From NCBI GenBank assembly GCA_965224435.1, contig OZ245048.1, forward strand, positions 3,914,282-3,978,281: a DNA stretch of 64,000 bases. Reading direction: 5' to 3'. The DNA comes from Acidimicrobiales bacterium (lineage in GTDB: Bacteria; Actinomycetota; Acidimicrobiia; Acidimicrobiales; SZUA-35). Of the stretch, positions 1 to 9,917 are shown one piece after another; position 1 is the first letter of the stretch; every line of letters starts with the position of its first letter. A program made the position numbers and the translations under genes. The notes beneath the pieces are model-generated. The model ran no database searches and was not told the origin of the DNA. It worked only from the letters and a program-made list of their open reading frames with translations.

Positions 1-381
1 ACCGTATTGACCCTCTCATGTCTAACAGTGGTCAGCTTCGTCTTGGATCCAGGCCGGACGAGAGATCGGCGCCACCATGGTTTTGCCTGCCATGCTTGCA
101 CTTGTGAGTCCACGTCCTCGACCGAAACACCATTGTGGTGGGTCGGAAAGGACACAGCGATTCGATACACACCACGATCCTAAGCCACATCCAAGCCAGG
201 ATTGACTACGCATTAAGTAGTGCCAGTTGCTACGAAAGCATGCCGCTTCTGCGCCAAGTCACCGTTCTGATCTCTGACCCTGAAGATATTGATCTTCTTC
301 TCGACGGTCTGGACCCTATGAAGGCTGGCGTCTCTGTCCTAACCGTCTGACCACAAGCCTCACCATCATCGGTCCACTACG

Positions 382-984
382 TTGTTCGTTGTGAGACCCC
401 TTGTTTGGAGCAGCTGGGTTGCGGCCACGGTGGCGGCGATTCCCTTCGTGTGGTTGCTGTCGATTGAGTTGGGTACCTCTCGCCGGGCCTCGCGCAAGCC
501 CGATCCTGAAGATCTCGAGCTAGAAACCCAAACCGGCAAACTGGTTGACCTTGGGGCCGGTGTCGCCATCGTGGGCGGGCTTGTCTCATCCCTCTGGCTT
601 ACGTCGACGGTGATCGAGTCTCGTCTCCTGGTCTTCATCATCGGGGTGGCCCTCATGACCGGGGCCCTCATCCTGAGCGCATGGGCACGCAAACACCTTG
701 GCCGGTTTCATCGAGATGATCTCACCCACCACCCCGATCATGAGTTGGTTGACACCGGGCCGTACCGCCTCATCCGCCACCCGCTCTACACCGCGACAAG
801 CTGTGCCTTCTTGGGAATCGGGTTCTGCCTCGGGACCTGGATCAGCATCAGCTTAGTCGCCCTACCAATCGGCGCTCTTGTCCACCGGATCCAGGTCGAA
901 GAGCAACTGCTGGACCGGGCGCTTGGTAGCCAATATCGAGACTATGTCAAACGAACATCTCGACTAGTCCCCCGAGTCTGGTAG
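382..984 (+). CDS. Isoprenylcysteine carboxyl methyltransferase (ICMT)/phospholipid methyltransferase family membrane protein
   Basis: 200-aa ORF with several hydrophobic helices. C-terminal GPYRLIRHPLYTA ... HRIQVEEQLL signature is typical of the ICMT family. The start is non-ATG in the track, so the exact start is uncertain. Confidence 0.7.
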   Translation: MFVVRPLVWSSWVAATVAAIPFVWLLSIELGTSRRASRKPDPEDLELETQTGKLVDLGAGVAIVGGLVSSLWLTSTVIESRLLVFIIGVALMTGALILSAWARKHLGRFHRDDLTHHPDHELVDTGPYRLIRHPLYTATSCAFLGIGFCLGTWISISLVALPIGALVHRIQVEEQLLDRALGSQYRDYVKRTSRLVPRVW

Positions 985-1015
985 CAATCGCCGCCACCCT
1001 CACTCGCAGAACCCA

Positions 1016-2791
1016 CTAAGTGTTGAGACCAACGATGTCGAAGGCAGCAAGAAACGTGGAAACAAACTGAGCATCAGAGGCGACAATGTCACCCGAATCC
1101 AAGGCTTGAGAAAGCGGTTGTTTGCCAGCCAACACCTTGGCCCAGGTCTGGTGGCTCAGCTCGATGGTTGCCGAGGTCACACCACCAATACCGTCAGAAC
1201 TCTGACGGCTTTCAACAACGACGCCATTGCGCTGGACTAGCCCAATGTTCGCCCCATCCTCAAACTTCCAGACAAGTTCAACAACGCCTGTTCCGGCACC
1301 GCGGGCAGCCTCGGGTTTGTAGACCACTCGCAAGGCTCGGACCGAGTCTTGCGGAGCAGCGGCCAGAACCGCACCCATGGGGAAGCGATGGATTCGGAAC
1401 CGACTCATATCCAGCTGGCCCTCCAACTCCAGAGCCCGTGTCAGGCACCAGTTTCGGATATTGGCCGAGGTCGTTCGCTGACCGATCGTCCGCAGCACCT
1501 CAGCCAAGCGAGCACGGTCCTCGGGGTCACCCGCATCAGCCCGACCCATATCGTCGGCTTCGCACTTCACCAACCAGGTCGCCATCTCCAACGCCCATCG
1601 CAAGTCCTCGTCGTGCAGCGCCTGATCGATCTGGGTTCGCACTTCGGCCTTGCCACCGAACCCTTCAACCATTCTCGTGGCTTTATCCACGGGTGGAAGT
1701 GGAAACAGTCGGGCCTCGTCACCATCAAACCAGCCTCGAAGTCCGCTGTAGATCTGCTTCACATGGTGCTCAACCAGGCCATAGAGCTGGGAGGTGAAGT
1801 AGTCATCTCCATATCCCTCAGGCAGGGTCACAAACTGTGAAACCTCATCCAGGGTCAGCCCCTTATTGATGCCTCGAATGGCCTGATCCAGCATGAACTG
1901 GATTGAGTCTCGATACCGAGTCACTGCATCAACAATGGCCTCTCGACCAGACAGCGGAGGACCATGGCAACCGAGCAGATACTCCGCCCCAAGGGAGCCA
2001 ATCTGATCGAGTCCGGTGAGCAAGACGGTTGGGTCACGGAAACGTTCGCCCCGGATGGGGAAGACGTTGAAGAGAGCTGGCCACAACAGATTGTTCACGC
2101 ATAGCCCAAGGCTGGGGAACCAGATGGTGATCGAATCAGAAACGTCGGACGGTGCCGGAGTCATCTCGACCGGCAGACCGGCGATGGTCGTCGAGGTCGG
2201 CTCATCAAACAACTGGTTGGGGGCAACATACCCAACGGTATGGGGGTGATTGCTTGGATCTTGGAACCACGGACCAAGACCACAATTGATCAGGGCATCC
2301 GGACCATCCGGCGGCAAGAGCAGCCCGAATTGATGAACCAGGCCACGGCCTCCAACGGCGGAGGTTTCCAGCCCAATCTCACGCCGGTTTTCGATGATGG
2401 ACCGGTGCCCCCAAATGTCGGGAGTGTGGCCAACGTCCTCGATGATGGCCTCGGTTCCGGACACATAGTGCGAATGGGTGTAGATGATGGAAACGATGGG
2501 GACATCGGTGTGTTCCCGCAAGGCGGCCAGCGCATTGCCCATCTCCTGGTTCGACTCACCGGAATCAATGGCAATGATGCCATCCGGTCCCTGGACGAAC
2601 ACCTGGTTGGACAGCCCATTACCAACATAGGTCCAGATCCCGTCGGCAACTTGATGCATGGTCTTGTCGAACAAGTCGGAGTGATCAATCGAGGCCTGGT
2701 GGCCCAGCTGGCCCTTGGGCCCGACCCCGACGCGGTCACCATGGCTCTCGAAGCTATCGGCCGGGGCATCTTGCGGTACAAAGAAGGTCAC
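1016..2791 (-). CDS. Alkyl/aryl-sulfatase family protein (MBL fold + alkyl-sulfatase dimerisation + SCP2-like C-terminal domain), divergent metal site
   Basis: The ORF is open to 2992. I place the start at GTG 2791 to avoid overlapping the divergent gene at 2916; this start is uncertain. MBL-like core IIYTHSHYVSG, then YSGLRGWFDGDEARLFPLPP (dimerisation-domain signature), then a C-terminal SCP2-like segment. Confidence 0.65.
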   Translation of the reverse strand: MTFFVPQDAPADSFESHGDRVGVGPKGQLGHQASIDHSDLFDKTMHQVADGIWTYVGNGLSNQVFVQGPDGIIAIDSGESNQEMGNALAALREHTDVPIVSIIYTHSHYVSGTEAIIEDVGHTPDIWGHRSIIENRREIGLETSAVGGRGLVHQFGLLLPPDGPDALINCGLGPWFQDPSNHPHTVGYVAPNQLFDEPTSTTIAGLPVEMTPAPSDVSDSITIWFPSLGLCVNNLLWPALFNVFPIRGERFRDPTVLLTGLDQIGSLGAEYLLGCHGPPLSGREAIVDAVTRYRDSIQFMLDQAIRGINKGLTLDEVSQFVTLPEGYGDDYFTSQLYGLVEHHVKQIYSGLRGWFDGDEARLFPLPPVDKATRMVEGFGGKAEVRTQIDQALHDEDLRWALEMATWLVKCEADDMGRADAGDPEDRARLAEVLRTIGQRTTSANIRNWCLTRALELEGQLDMSRFRIHRFPMGAVLAAAPQDSVRALRVVYKPEAARGAGTGVVELVWKFEDGANIGLVQRNGVVVESRQSSDGIGGVTSATIELSHQTWAKVLAGKQPLSQALDSGDIVASDAQFVSTFLAAFDIVGLNT

Positions 2792-2915
2792 ACCCGCATC
2801 CTGTCCTAGTTTGGGCTTGTCCGTCGAGCCCGGCGATCGTTTCGCCCGGTCGCCGCGGTTCGGGCCAAGCTGCTCAATATCGCCACTGCACCTCAAAGGA
2901 CCTGGAGATCCACCG

Positions 2916-4331
2916 ATGACAACAGAAGAAACACTCGACGCCGACAGCATTGCCTCGCTCCTCACCGCATCAGCCGAACGCCATCGGATCACTGGTGTCA
3001 GCCTGGCCGTAACCCAAGGTGATCAGCTAGTCGAGGCCGCTACTGGTTTCGTCAACAGTGCCGCCGGAATTGAGGCAACCCCAGACTCGGTCTTCCAGAT
3101 CGGTTCGATCACCAAGCTTCTCACCGCCACCTTGATCATGCAGCTCATCGATGATGGCCTGCTCGACCTGGACACTCCTCTCTGCGAGGCCCTGCCCGAA
3201 CTGGACTTGGCCGACTCCGCAGTCACCAAAGAGGTTGCCATCTCTCACCTGCTGAGCCACACCAGCGGGATCGAAGGCGACCATTTCTTGGACACCGGTC
3301 CCGGCGACGACTCTGTTGAACGTTTCGTTGTCAGCTGTTCTGCACTGCCACAGATCCACCAGCCTGGCCAGTTTTTCTCCTACTGCAACACCGGGTTCAT
3401 CCTCCTGGGTCGGATCATCGAGATACTGCGCGGAGCGCCATGGCCCAAGGTTCTGCAAGACCGAATCATCCAACCCTTGGGCCTCTCAGCCATGGGGACC
3501 GAAGCTCACGAAGCCATCCTCCACCGTGCCGCCGTTGGCCACATGGACGCCACGAATGATCCGGATGGCAGTCCGTTCGTCATCCCACAGTGGAATCTTC
3601 CTCGTTCCAATGCTCCGGCGGGGTCCACACCCTTCGGCCGGGCCCGTGACCTCATCCCCTTCGTTCAAGCCCATCTGGCGGAGGGGATTGCTGCCAACGG
3701 TCACCGGCTCCTCTCCACCGACTCAACCGTTGCCATGGTCGAACGACGAGTGACACTGCCTAAGCACGCCGCCGCCTCTGGGTGGGGCCTTGGTTGGATG
3801 CTGTTCGACCTAGACGGCGGACAGCTCATGGGCCACAACGGGGCAACGTTGGGCCAGACGTCGTGTCTTCGTGTCGAACCCAAGTCGGGTCTCATCATGT
3901 CGCTTCTCACTACCGGTGGCGGCGGCCGGGTCGCTCCATTCTTCCGAGAGGTGACCGACCAGATTTTCGGTGAGCATTGTGGCATCACTGCTCCAGCCAC
4001 TGTTGACAGCCTGACCACCGTCGACCCATCCGGAATCGACCTCAACCGATATTCCGGGACCTTTCGTCGACTGGCCGTTGAGTTCAAGGTCAGCATCCAA
4101 GAGGACCAGCTTGTTCTCCGGTCCCGAGGTCGGAAGTCGCCGTGGAGTGAAGCTCCCGACGAGCAAAGCGTTCTCCGGCCCGTCTCCGATCGAGCCTTCG
4201 CCGTGGAGTCTCCCGGCCCTCTCGCCGGTTCCCCCGTCCAGTTCGAAGACTTCGACGAGCAGGGGCAGCCACAGTTCATTGGTATCGGCGCCCGGCTTGC
4301 ACCCAGGGTTCAGCACCAGCCACGAAGCTAG
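2916..4331 (+). CDS. Serine hydrolase, class C beta-lactamase/D-aminopeptidase-like family
   Basis: ATG at 2916 is preceded by GGAG. S-x-x-K motif FQIGSITKLL, plus an extra C-terminal domain of about 100 aa. The track ORF from 2715 is an upstream extension. Confidence 0.8.
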   Translation: MTTEETLDADSIASLLTASAERHRITGVSLAVTQGDQLVEAATGFVNSAAGIEATPDSVFQIGSITKLLTATLIMQLIDDGLLDLDTPLCEALPELDLADSAVTKEVAISHLLSHTSGIEGDHFLDTGPGDDSVERFVVSCSALPQIHQPGQFFSYCNTGFILLGRIIEILRGAPWPKVLQDRIIQPLGLSAMGTEAHEAILHRAAVGHMDATNDPDGSPFVIPQWNLPRSNAPAGSTPFGRARDLIPFVQAHLAEGIAANGHRLLSTDSTVAMVERRVTLPKHAAASGWGLGWMLFDLDGGQLMGHNGATLGQTSCLRVEPKSGLIMSLLTTGGGGRVAPFFREVTDQIFGEHCGITAPATVDSLTTVDPSGIDLNRYSGTFRRLAVEFKVSIQEDQLVLRSRGRKSPWSEAPDEQSVLRPVSDRAFAVESPGPLAGSPVQFEDFDEQGQPQFIGIGARLAPRVQHQPRS

Positions 4332-4340
4332 GCTTGTCAC

Positions 4341-4832
4341 ATGTCGAAATGGGTGAACATCGCACTGAAGCTGGTCAAGCAGCTCCAGGCCGCGCAACGA
4401 GAGCACGAGCGAGGAACCGGCAAGCCGCGGAAGAAGCCGGCTCCACGGACCAGGCGTGTCGAGCACGGCGTACAGGTTGAGTACACACCCAATCTTGATG
4501 GTGACCCCGACCCTGGTGAAGTGGTTTGGACCTGGGTGCCATATCAAGAGGACCCGAACAAGGGCAAGGACCGACCCGTTGTCATCATTGGCCGGGTTGG
4601 CGATGACCTGGCAGGCGTTCCCCTTACCTCCAAGAACAAAGGCCGCGACGACCATGTCCTGGTTGGTACCGGCCCATGGGACCGCCGGAATCGCCCGAGT
4701 TGGGCCAAGGTCGATCGCCTCTTGACCATCGATCCCGATGACGTACGACGCGAAGGTGCCATCCTGGACAAGAAGCACTTCGATACCGTCATTGACAAGC
4801 TGGCCCAGTACCACGAACTCGTTCGCCGCTAG
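4341..4832 (+). CDS. PemK/MazF-like (type II toxin fold) family protein, actinobacterial stand-alone type
   Basis: GEVVWTWVPYQEDPNKGKDRPVVIIG core resembles PemK-like proteins. It has a basic N-terminal extension of about 50 aa. No adjacent small antitoxin ORF. Confidence 0.55.
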   Translation: MSKWVNIALKLVKQLQAAQREHERGTGKPRKKPAPRTRRVEHGVQVEYTPNLDGDPDPGEVVWTWVPYQEDPNKGKDRPVVIIGRVGDDLAGVPLTSKNKGRDDHVLVGTGPWDRRNRPSWAKVDRLLTIDPDDVRREGAILDKKHFDTVIDKLAQYHELVRR

Positions 4833-4873
4833 CTATAACATTCATCGAACTTGCACCACCATGAGGTAATTCA

Positions 4874-5713
4874 ATGGGATTTCGTTTTGCCAACGTTTCC
4901 GGCCGGTCGGCCCTAGTCGATGACAGCAGAGACTATTACGACCTGCACCGGATCTCCTCCGGGGCAATCTCGGCCGACCCAATGAAGGCGCTGCGGGATC
5001 CTCGAGCCCTTCGGACCGCTCAATCCAAGCTCGGTGATGCAGCGCCCGACGGAGCCATGGACGGAGCCGACATCGGTCCGCCAATCCCCACACCGCGCAA
5101 CATCTTCGCCATCGGCCTCAACTACGCCGAGCACATTGCAGAAACGGGGGCCGAGACGTCCAATGCTCCGGTTCTGTTCACCAAGTTCCCCAGCTGCATC
5201 GTTGGTCCCAATAGCGACGTTGAGTTACGAACAGATGACGCCGACTACGAGATCGAGATGGTCGTCGTCATCGGCAAGGCCGGACGCGACATCGCGGTTG
5301 AGCACGCCTGGGGTCATGTGCTTGGGCTAACCGCTGGCCAGGACATCTCCGACCGCGTCATGCAGTTTGCGGCAACCCCCGCCCACTTTGATCTCGGCAA
5401 GTCACGCGACACCTACGGCCCGATCGGCCCAACGCTGGTCTCGCCCGACATGTTCGAGAACCCCAACGAACTCCGAATCCATTGCTCCATCAATGGTGAG
5501 ATGAGGCAGGACTCCAACACCAAGCACCTCATCCACTCAGTGGCGGATCTCATCGCCTATATCTCCACCGCCCTAACCCTGGCACCTGGTGACATCATCT
5601 TTACTGGCACGCCGGACGGGGTCGGGTTCACCGACGGTAAGTTCCTGCGCCCCGGCGACGTCATCTCTTCGGGAGTTGAGGGCATCGGAACCCTCACTAA
5701 CCGCTGCGTCTGA
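4874..5713 (+). CDS. Fumarylacetoacetate hydrolase (FAH) family protein
   Basis: NIFAIGLNYAEH, DYEIEMVVVIGK and GDIIFTGTPDGVG motifs of the FAH/2-keto-4-pentenoate hydratase family. Confidence 0.85.
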   Translation: MGFRFANVSGRSALVDDSRDYYDLHRISSGAISADPMKALRDPRALRTAQSKLGDAAPDGAMDGADIGPPIPTPRNIFAIGLNYAEHIAETGAETSNAPVLFTKFPSCIVGPNSDVELRTDDADYEIEMVVVIGKAGRDIAVEHAWGHVLGLTAGQDISDRVMQFAATPAHFDLGKSRDTYGPIGPTLVSPDMFENPNELRIHCSINGEMRQDSNTKHLIHSVADLIAYISTALTLAPGDIIFTGTPDGVGFTDGKFLRPGDVISSGVEGIGTLTNRCV

Positions 5714-5781
5714 CAGCGACAAGAAAGAGCTCAAACTCACCGTTTTCGCACGAGTACGCCGCCACCAGTAAGATCGCCAGC

Positions 5782-6714
5782 GTGACTCGACCATTTCGCT
5801 TCGGAATCCAAGCCCAGAACGCTGCCACCCGTAAAGACTGGGTTGAGACGGTAAAGAAGGCCGAAGACCTCGGCTATTCATCCATGACCTTGCCCGACCA
5901 TTTCGATGGTCAGCTGGCTCCCGCCATCGCCTTGCAAGTGGCAGCCGATGTCACCACCGATTTGCGAGTCGGCGCCCTGGTCTGGTGCAACGACTACCGC
6001 CACCCCGTTGTCTTTGCCAACGAGATGGCAACTCTGGACATCATGTCCGAAGGTCGCCTCGAGCTAGGCATTGGTGCCGGCTGGATGAAGTCAGACTATG
6101 ACGCCGCAGGCATGAGCTATGACCGACCCGGTATCCGCATCGAGCGCATGATCGAATCGGTCACCATCCTCAAAGGTCTCTTCGCCGACGGACCCTTCTC
6201 GTTCCAGGGTCAGCACTACACCATCACCGATCTTGACCTCCAGCCCAAGCCTGTCCAGAAGCCCCATCCCCCCATCTTGATTGGTGGCGGCGGTAAGCGC
6301 ATGCTTCGCAACGCCGGGAAGATGGCCGACATCATCGGCATCAACCCCAACCTCAAGGCTGGTCTCATCGACTCCAACACCGCCTCAGACGCAACCGCGG
6401 CCAAGTTTGCCGAGAAGCTGGCTTGGGTCAAGGAAGGGGCCGGTGACCGCTACGACGACATTGAACTCAACGTTCGAGTATTCGTCATGGTCATGACGGA
6501 TGACCCGAAGGGCATGGCCGAAATGATGGCCCCATCCATGGGCATGTCCCCCGAAGACGCCCTCAAATCACCCTTGGCCCTGGTCGGCGACACCCAGTCC
6601 ATGGCCAACGACCTGCTGGCCCGGCGCGAGCAATTCGGATTCAGCTATATCGGCATCGGTGTGGACGAGATGGAACAGTTCGCCCCGGTCGTGGCCCAAC
6701 TGTCGGGCACCTAA
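5782..6714 (+). CDS. LLM class F420-dependent oxidoreductase
   Basis: GTG start. MTRPFRFGIQ ... SMTLPDHF ... RLELGIGAGW pattern of luciferase-like monooxygenase family F420 enzymes. Confidence 0.8.
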   Translation: MTRPFRFGIQAQNAATRKDWVETVKKAEDLGYSSMTLPDHFDGQLAPAIALQVAADVTTDLRVGALVWCNDYRHPVVFANEMATLDIMSEGRLELGIGAGWMKSDYDAAGMSYDRPGIRIERMIESVTILKGLFADGPFSFQGQHYTITDLDLQPKPVQKPHPPILIGGGGKRMLRNAGKMADIIGINPNLKAGLIDSNTASDATAAKFAEKLAWVKEGAGDRYDDIELNVRVFVMVMTDDPKGMAEMMAPSMGMSPEDALKSPLALVGDTQSMANDLLARREQFGFSYIGIGVDEMEQFAPVVAQLSGT

Positions 6715-6756
6715 TCCTCGCTAGTCTGATCAATCCACGATCTCGGAGCAACACCG

Positions 6757-7107
6757 ATGCCAACCGGCCAATTCGATCCGCTGGTCCCACCAGCAGCTCC
6801 ACAAACCCAACCGACAGCACCATCCACCCCTCATGCGCCACCCATTGGCGTGGTCCGACGCATCTTCAACATTGTTTTCGGTAGTTTTCTGATCTTCATT
6901 GGCGTCCTGATGATCTTCATTCCCGGCCCAGGAATTGCTGCCATTCTTGCCGGACTGAACCTGGTCAAGCCAGACAACAAGATCTCGCAATACATCCGAG
7001 CTCGGATGGAAAAACGGAAGCAGGATCGAGCCGGGACACGCCCGCCAGCACCCCCTTCAGGGCCGCTCCAACCACCCCCAGCCCTCCCCCCACCACCGGC
7101 CACCTAG
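6757..7107 (+). CDS. PGPGW-motif small membrane protein with Pro-rich tail
   Basis: FIPGPGIAAILAGLNLVKPDN motif between hydrophobic segments. C-terminal RPPAPPSGPLQPPPALPPPPAT. Confidence 0.55.
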   Translation: MPTGQFDPLVPPAAPQTQPTAPSTPHAPPIGVVRRIFNIVFGSFLIFIGVLMIFIPGPGIAAILAGLNLVKPDNKISQYIRARMEKRKQDRAGTRPPAPPSGPLQPPPALPPPPAT

Positions 7108-7227
7108 CCCGCAAGGGATCGGTAACCTTCGGGCCTCAGTGGGAACTTTCAAGATCCCGTTCGCGTTACCTACACTGGCTAAGCCGCATCTGGCTTCGCT
7201 ATCAACAACCCTCGGAGACCCGAACGA

Positions 7228-7641
7228 ATGAAACTGGACTATGAAGATCTTCAACCTGGCATTAGCGAGAGTGAAGACGTCCACGGGATTCGCCGATTCC
7301 AGAACATCATTGTTGGTGTCTTCGTCGTGATCATCGGCATCATCTTGATGCCCCTACCAGGCCCCGGCATCGCCATAGTCCTTGTTGGACTCAACCTGAT
7401 CAAGCCCGACAACCGGCTGGTTCGCTACATCCGGACCCGCACCCCCGGCATTCCCGAAGAGGGACCCATCCCCCGCAACAGCATCATCTTTGCCGTCGTG
7501 ATGATGATCGGTGCCTCCATCATTTCCTACTTCTACGGTGATGTCATCTTTGGTCCGATGAAGGAGTTCGCTGCCCCGGTCCTGGATCCGGTCAAGAACT
7601 TCTTCACCAATATTTGGGGCGGCTTCAAGGGCTGGTTCTAG
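7228..7641 (+). CDS. PGPGW-motif small membrane protein (paralogue of 6757..7107)
   Basis: LPGPGIAIVLVGLNLIKPDNRLVRYIRTR aligns with the neighbouring ORF. It carries an extra C-terminal TM segment. Confidence 0.55.
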   Translation: MKLDYEDLQPGISESEDVHGIRRFQNIIVGVFVVIIGIILMPLPGPGIAIVLVGLNLIKPDNRLVRYIRTRTPGIPEEGPIPRNSIIFAVVMMIGASIISYFYGDVIFGPMKEFAAPVLDPVKNFFTNIWGGFKGWF

Positions 7642-7658
7642 CGAGAATCAACAGGGGC

Positions 7659-9917
7659 CTAGAGCGGGCCGAGGATGTCATCCAACGACATCTGGGTGGG
7701 GGCGGCCTGATGCTCGGCAACACTCGCTTCGACTACAGCGACGTCATCACTGATCATGAATTCTGGCAAGGGACGTGAGTGCACAATCACCAGTCGCTTG
7801 GTTGAACGAGTCACCGCAACATAGAGCGAGCGGGCGCCCTGAGGTTCCTGGTCGATCATGTCTGCTGGTTCAACCACAATGGTGGTGTCTACCTCTAGGC
7901 CCTTCACCAGACTGACTGGCACCAGGGTGACCGGGTGATCAAAACCATCTCGTCGAGCCCGGCCATAGTCAACCTCAGCGGCTTCGAATGCGGCCGCCAT
8001 TGCTTCGTACTCACCCGTGGCACACACCACCGCAACATTGCCCTGAGCAAGCTCGGACTGTTCGGCTTGAGCCTCAGCGATCACTGATGCGAACAGTGAT
8101 CCAGTGGCTGAGGTCGTGACGAACCGCGGCCCATCACCATCGGAGCGAACAGCCTGCGGCGGGGCCAGTTCCGGAGCAGCAACCTTCAACACCCTGGCGG
8201 CCAGCTCCATGGTCGGGCCAGGAATGCGGTAGCCGACCGTTAGTTCCGCTCGGCGCGGAGGCCGTCGATCGGGCAGGTGTTCAAGGATCTCCGACCAGTT
8301 GGCGTGAGCCCACGATCCGGTGGATTGTGCGATGTCACCAACAATCGTCATGGACCCATTCAGCGAACGCCGAGTCAGCATTCGCAGCTGCATTGGGGAA
8401 AGGTCTTGAGCTTCATCGACCACGATGTGGCCATAAGTCCGAACATCATCCACTTCCTGATGTTTCGGACGCGGACCGAGACGCTCGAAGGCTTCATCCA
8501 GAACCGGGACGTCGTCAATGGTCCATATCCGCCCGGCCACGTCGTATTCGTCTTCCCATCCTTGATAGAGGGCGCCGTACTCCTCATCGCTCAGACGCTT
8601 GCCGCCAGCCGATCGCATCAGAGCCTTCGATCCGTACAAGTCATGCACGAGCTGGGCCGGCGATAAGACAGGCCACATTCGCAACAAGATGGAACGAATA
8701 TCCTCTCGTCCAGACAGCGACTCGCGCACGGCATCCGGATCGGCTGGACCATCGGGATGAGACTCAGCCAGGGTCTCAAACACCGCTCGGACCACAAAGC
8801 CCCGAGCCGCGTTGTGACCGCGGAATCGACGGCGAGCTTGGCGAATGATCTCCTCCGATTCGGCCACCGACATCCGCAAGTAACGATGGCCATAGCCAAC
8901 CCGCAGATCCTCCAGCATCGGGCGCTGCCGGTCAGCAACCGCTCGCCTGATCAGGTTGACCATGCGAAGGTCACCCTTGATTCTGCCGCCGGCATATGAG
9001 CTAAAGCCCTGCACCCGAACGCCGGGGATGAGGTCGGCCAGAACAGACATCTGCACACCGGCTTCGCCCAGTGAAGGCAGGACCTGTTCGATATAGCCCA
9101 GGAACAACCGGTTGGGACCGACGACCAACACGCCTTGTCCTTCGAGCGGAAAACGGTGGCTATACAACAGATAGGCCGCCCGGTGAAGAGCAACCACGGT
9201 CTTGCCGGTGCCCGGGCCGCCCTGCACTACAAGGACTCCGGGCAGTGGCGCCCGAATGATCTCGTCCTGTTCGGCCTGGATGGTGCCAACAATGTCGGAG
9301 AGCTGACCGGTGCGCGAAGTCTCCAGAGCGGCAATCAGCGCGCCTTCGCCACGCAGCTCACGTCCGTTGACCATGACTCGTTTCTGGCCAGCAGCAGCAC
9401 CAAAGAATTCGTCTTCCAGGCCAAGCAATTCTCGTCCGCGGGAGATGAAGTGGCGGCGACGGACAAGCCCCTGGGACTCGCGACCAGTGGCTCGATAGAA
9501 CGATTCAGCGATTGGTGCTCGCCAATCGACAATCAGAGGTTCCTTGTCGGCATCAGAAATGGCGATACGACCGATGTGGTAACTCTCTCCACCAGCTGCC
9601 TCGGTCTGGTCGATACGACCAAAACAAAGTGATCGGGTGCCGATGTCGAGATTGGCCAAGCGGGTGGCAATATTGCCAATGATGACCTCTCGCTCATAGC
9701 GAGCCTGGGTCGTTCCACCACGACCGACCTCAACCATGTTCTGGAGCCGAAGGGCCTCAGCTCGGGTCTCTTCCAAACGCTCATAGGCCAGATCCAGGTG
9801 GGCTTGCTCGGCCGCCAACTCAAGATCAATCGACTCGGCGACGCCAGCAGCAGAACCATTCAGGCCATTCGTCAAATCTGAGTTAGATCCGGACACACCA
9901 CTCCTGTTCTGATTCAT
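7659..9917 (-). CDS. helD: HelD-type UvrD-like helicase (RNA polymerase recycling ATPase)
   Basis: Start taken at ATG 9917 (MNQNRSG). N-terminal coiled-coil followed by CFGRID...YHIGR...DWRAPIA. Walker A GGPGTGKTVVALHRAAYLLY. C-terminal UvrD-like domain with YVAVTRSTKRL. Confidence 0.8.
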   Translation of the reverse strand: MNQNRSGVSGSNSDLTNGLNGSAAGVAESIDLELAAEQAHLDLAYERLEETRAEALRLQNMVEVGRGGTTQARYEREVIIGNIATRLANLDIGTRSLCFGRIDQTEAAGGESYHIGRIAISDADKEPLIVDWRAPIAESFYRATGRESQGLVRRRHFISRGRELLGLEDEFFGAAAGQKRVMVNGRELRGEGALIAALETSRTGQLSDIVGTIQAEQDEIIRAPLPGVLVVQGGPGTGKTVVALHRAAYLLYSHRFPLEGQGVLVVGPNRLFLGYIEQVLPSLGEAGVQMSVLADLIPGVRVQGFSSYAGGRIKGDLRMVNLIRRAVADRQRPMLEDLRVGYGHRYLRMSVAESEEIIRQARRRFRGHNAARGFVVRAVFETLAESHPDGPADPDAVRESLSGREDIRSILLRMWPVLSPAQLVHDLYGSKALMRSAGGKRLSDEEYGALYQGWEDEYDVAGRIWTIDDVPVLDEAFERLGPRPKHQEVDDVRTYGHIVVDEAQDLSPMQLRMLTRRSLNGSMTIVGDIAQSTGSWAHANWSEILEHLPDRRPPRRAELTVGYRIPGPTMELAARVLKVAAPELAPPQAVRSDGDGPRFVTTSATGSLFASVIAEAQAEQSELAQGNVAVVCATGEYEAMAAAFEAAEVDYGRARRDGFDHPVTLVPVSLVKGLEVDTTIVVEPADMIDQEPQGARSLYVAVTRSTKRLVIVHSRPLPEFMISDDVAVVEASVAEHQAAPTQMSLDDILGPL

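Noticed and set aside
1-381. Small ORFs at the left edge (22..213 on - and 135..350 on +).
   Set aside because: There are no recognisable motifs, no convincing start context, and the ORFs overlap each other. A short real gene or ncRNA cannot be excluded, but it is not supportable from sequence alone.
2715-2915. N-terminal extensions of track ORFs: 2715 for the beta-lactamase-like gene, 44499 for the hydantoinase, 37484 for xdhD, 23221 for eamA, 10064 for helD, and 15313 for dtd.
   Set aside because: The extensions overlap neighbouring genes and are Arg/Pro/Ser-rich. They precede internal starts that match family N-termini and have better RBS or coupling context.
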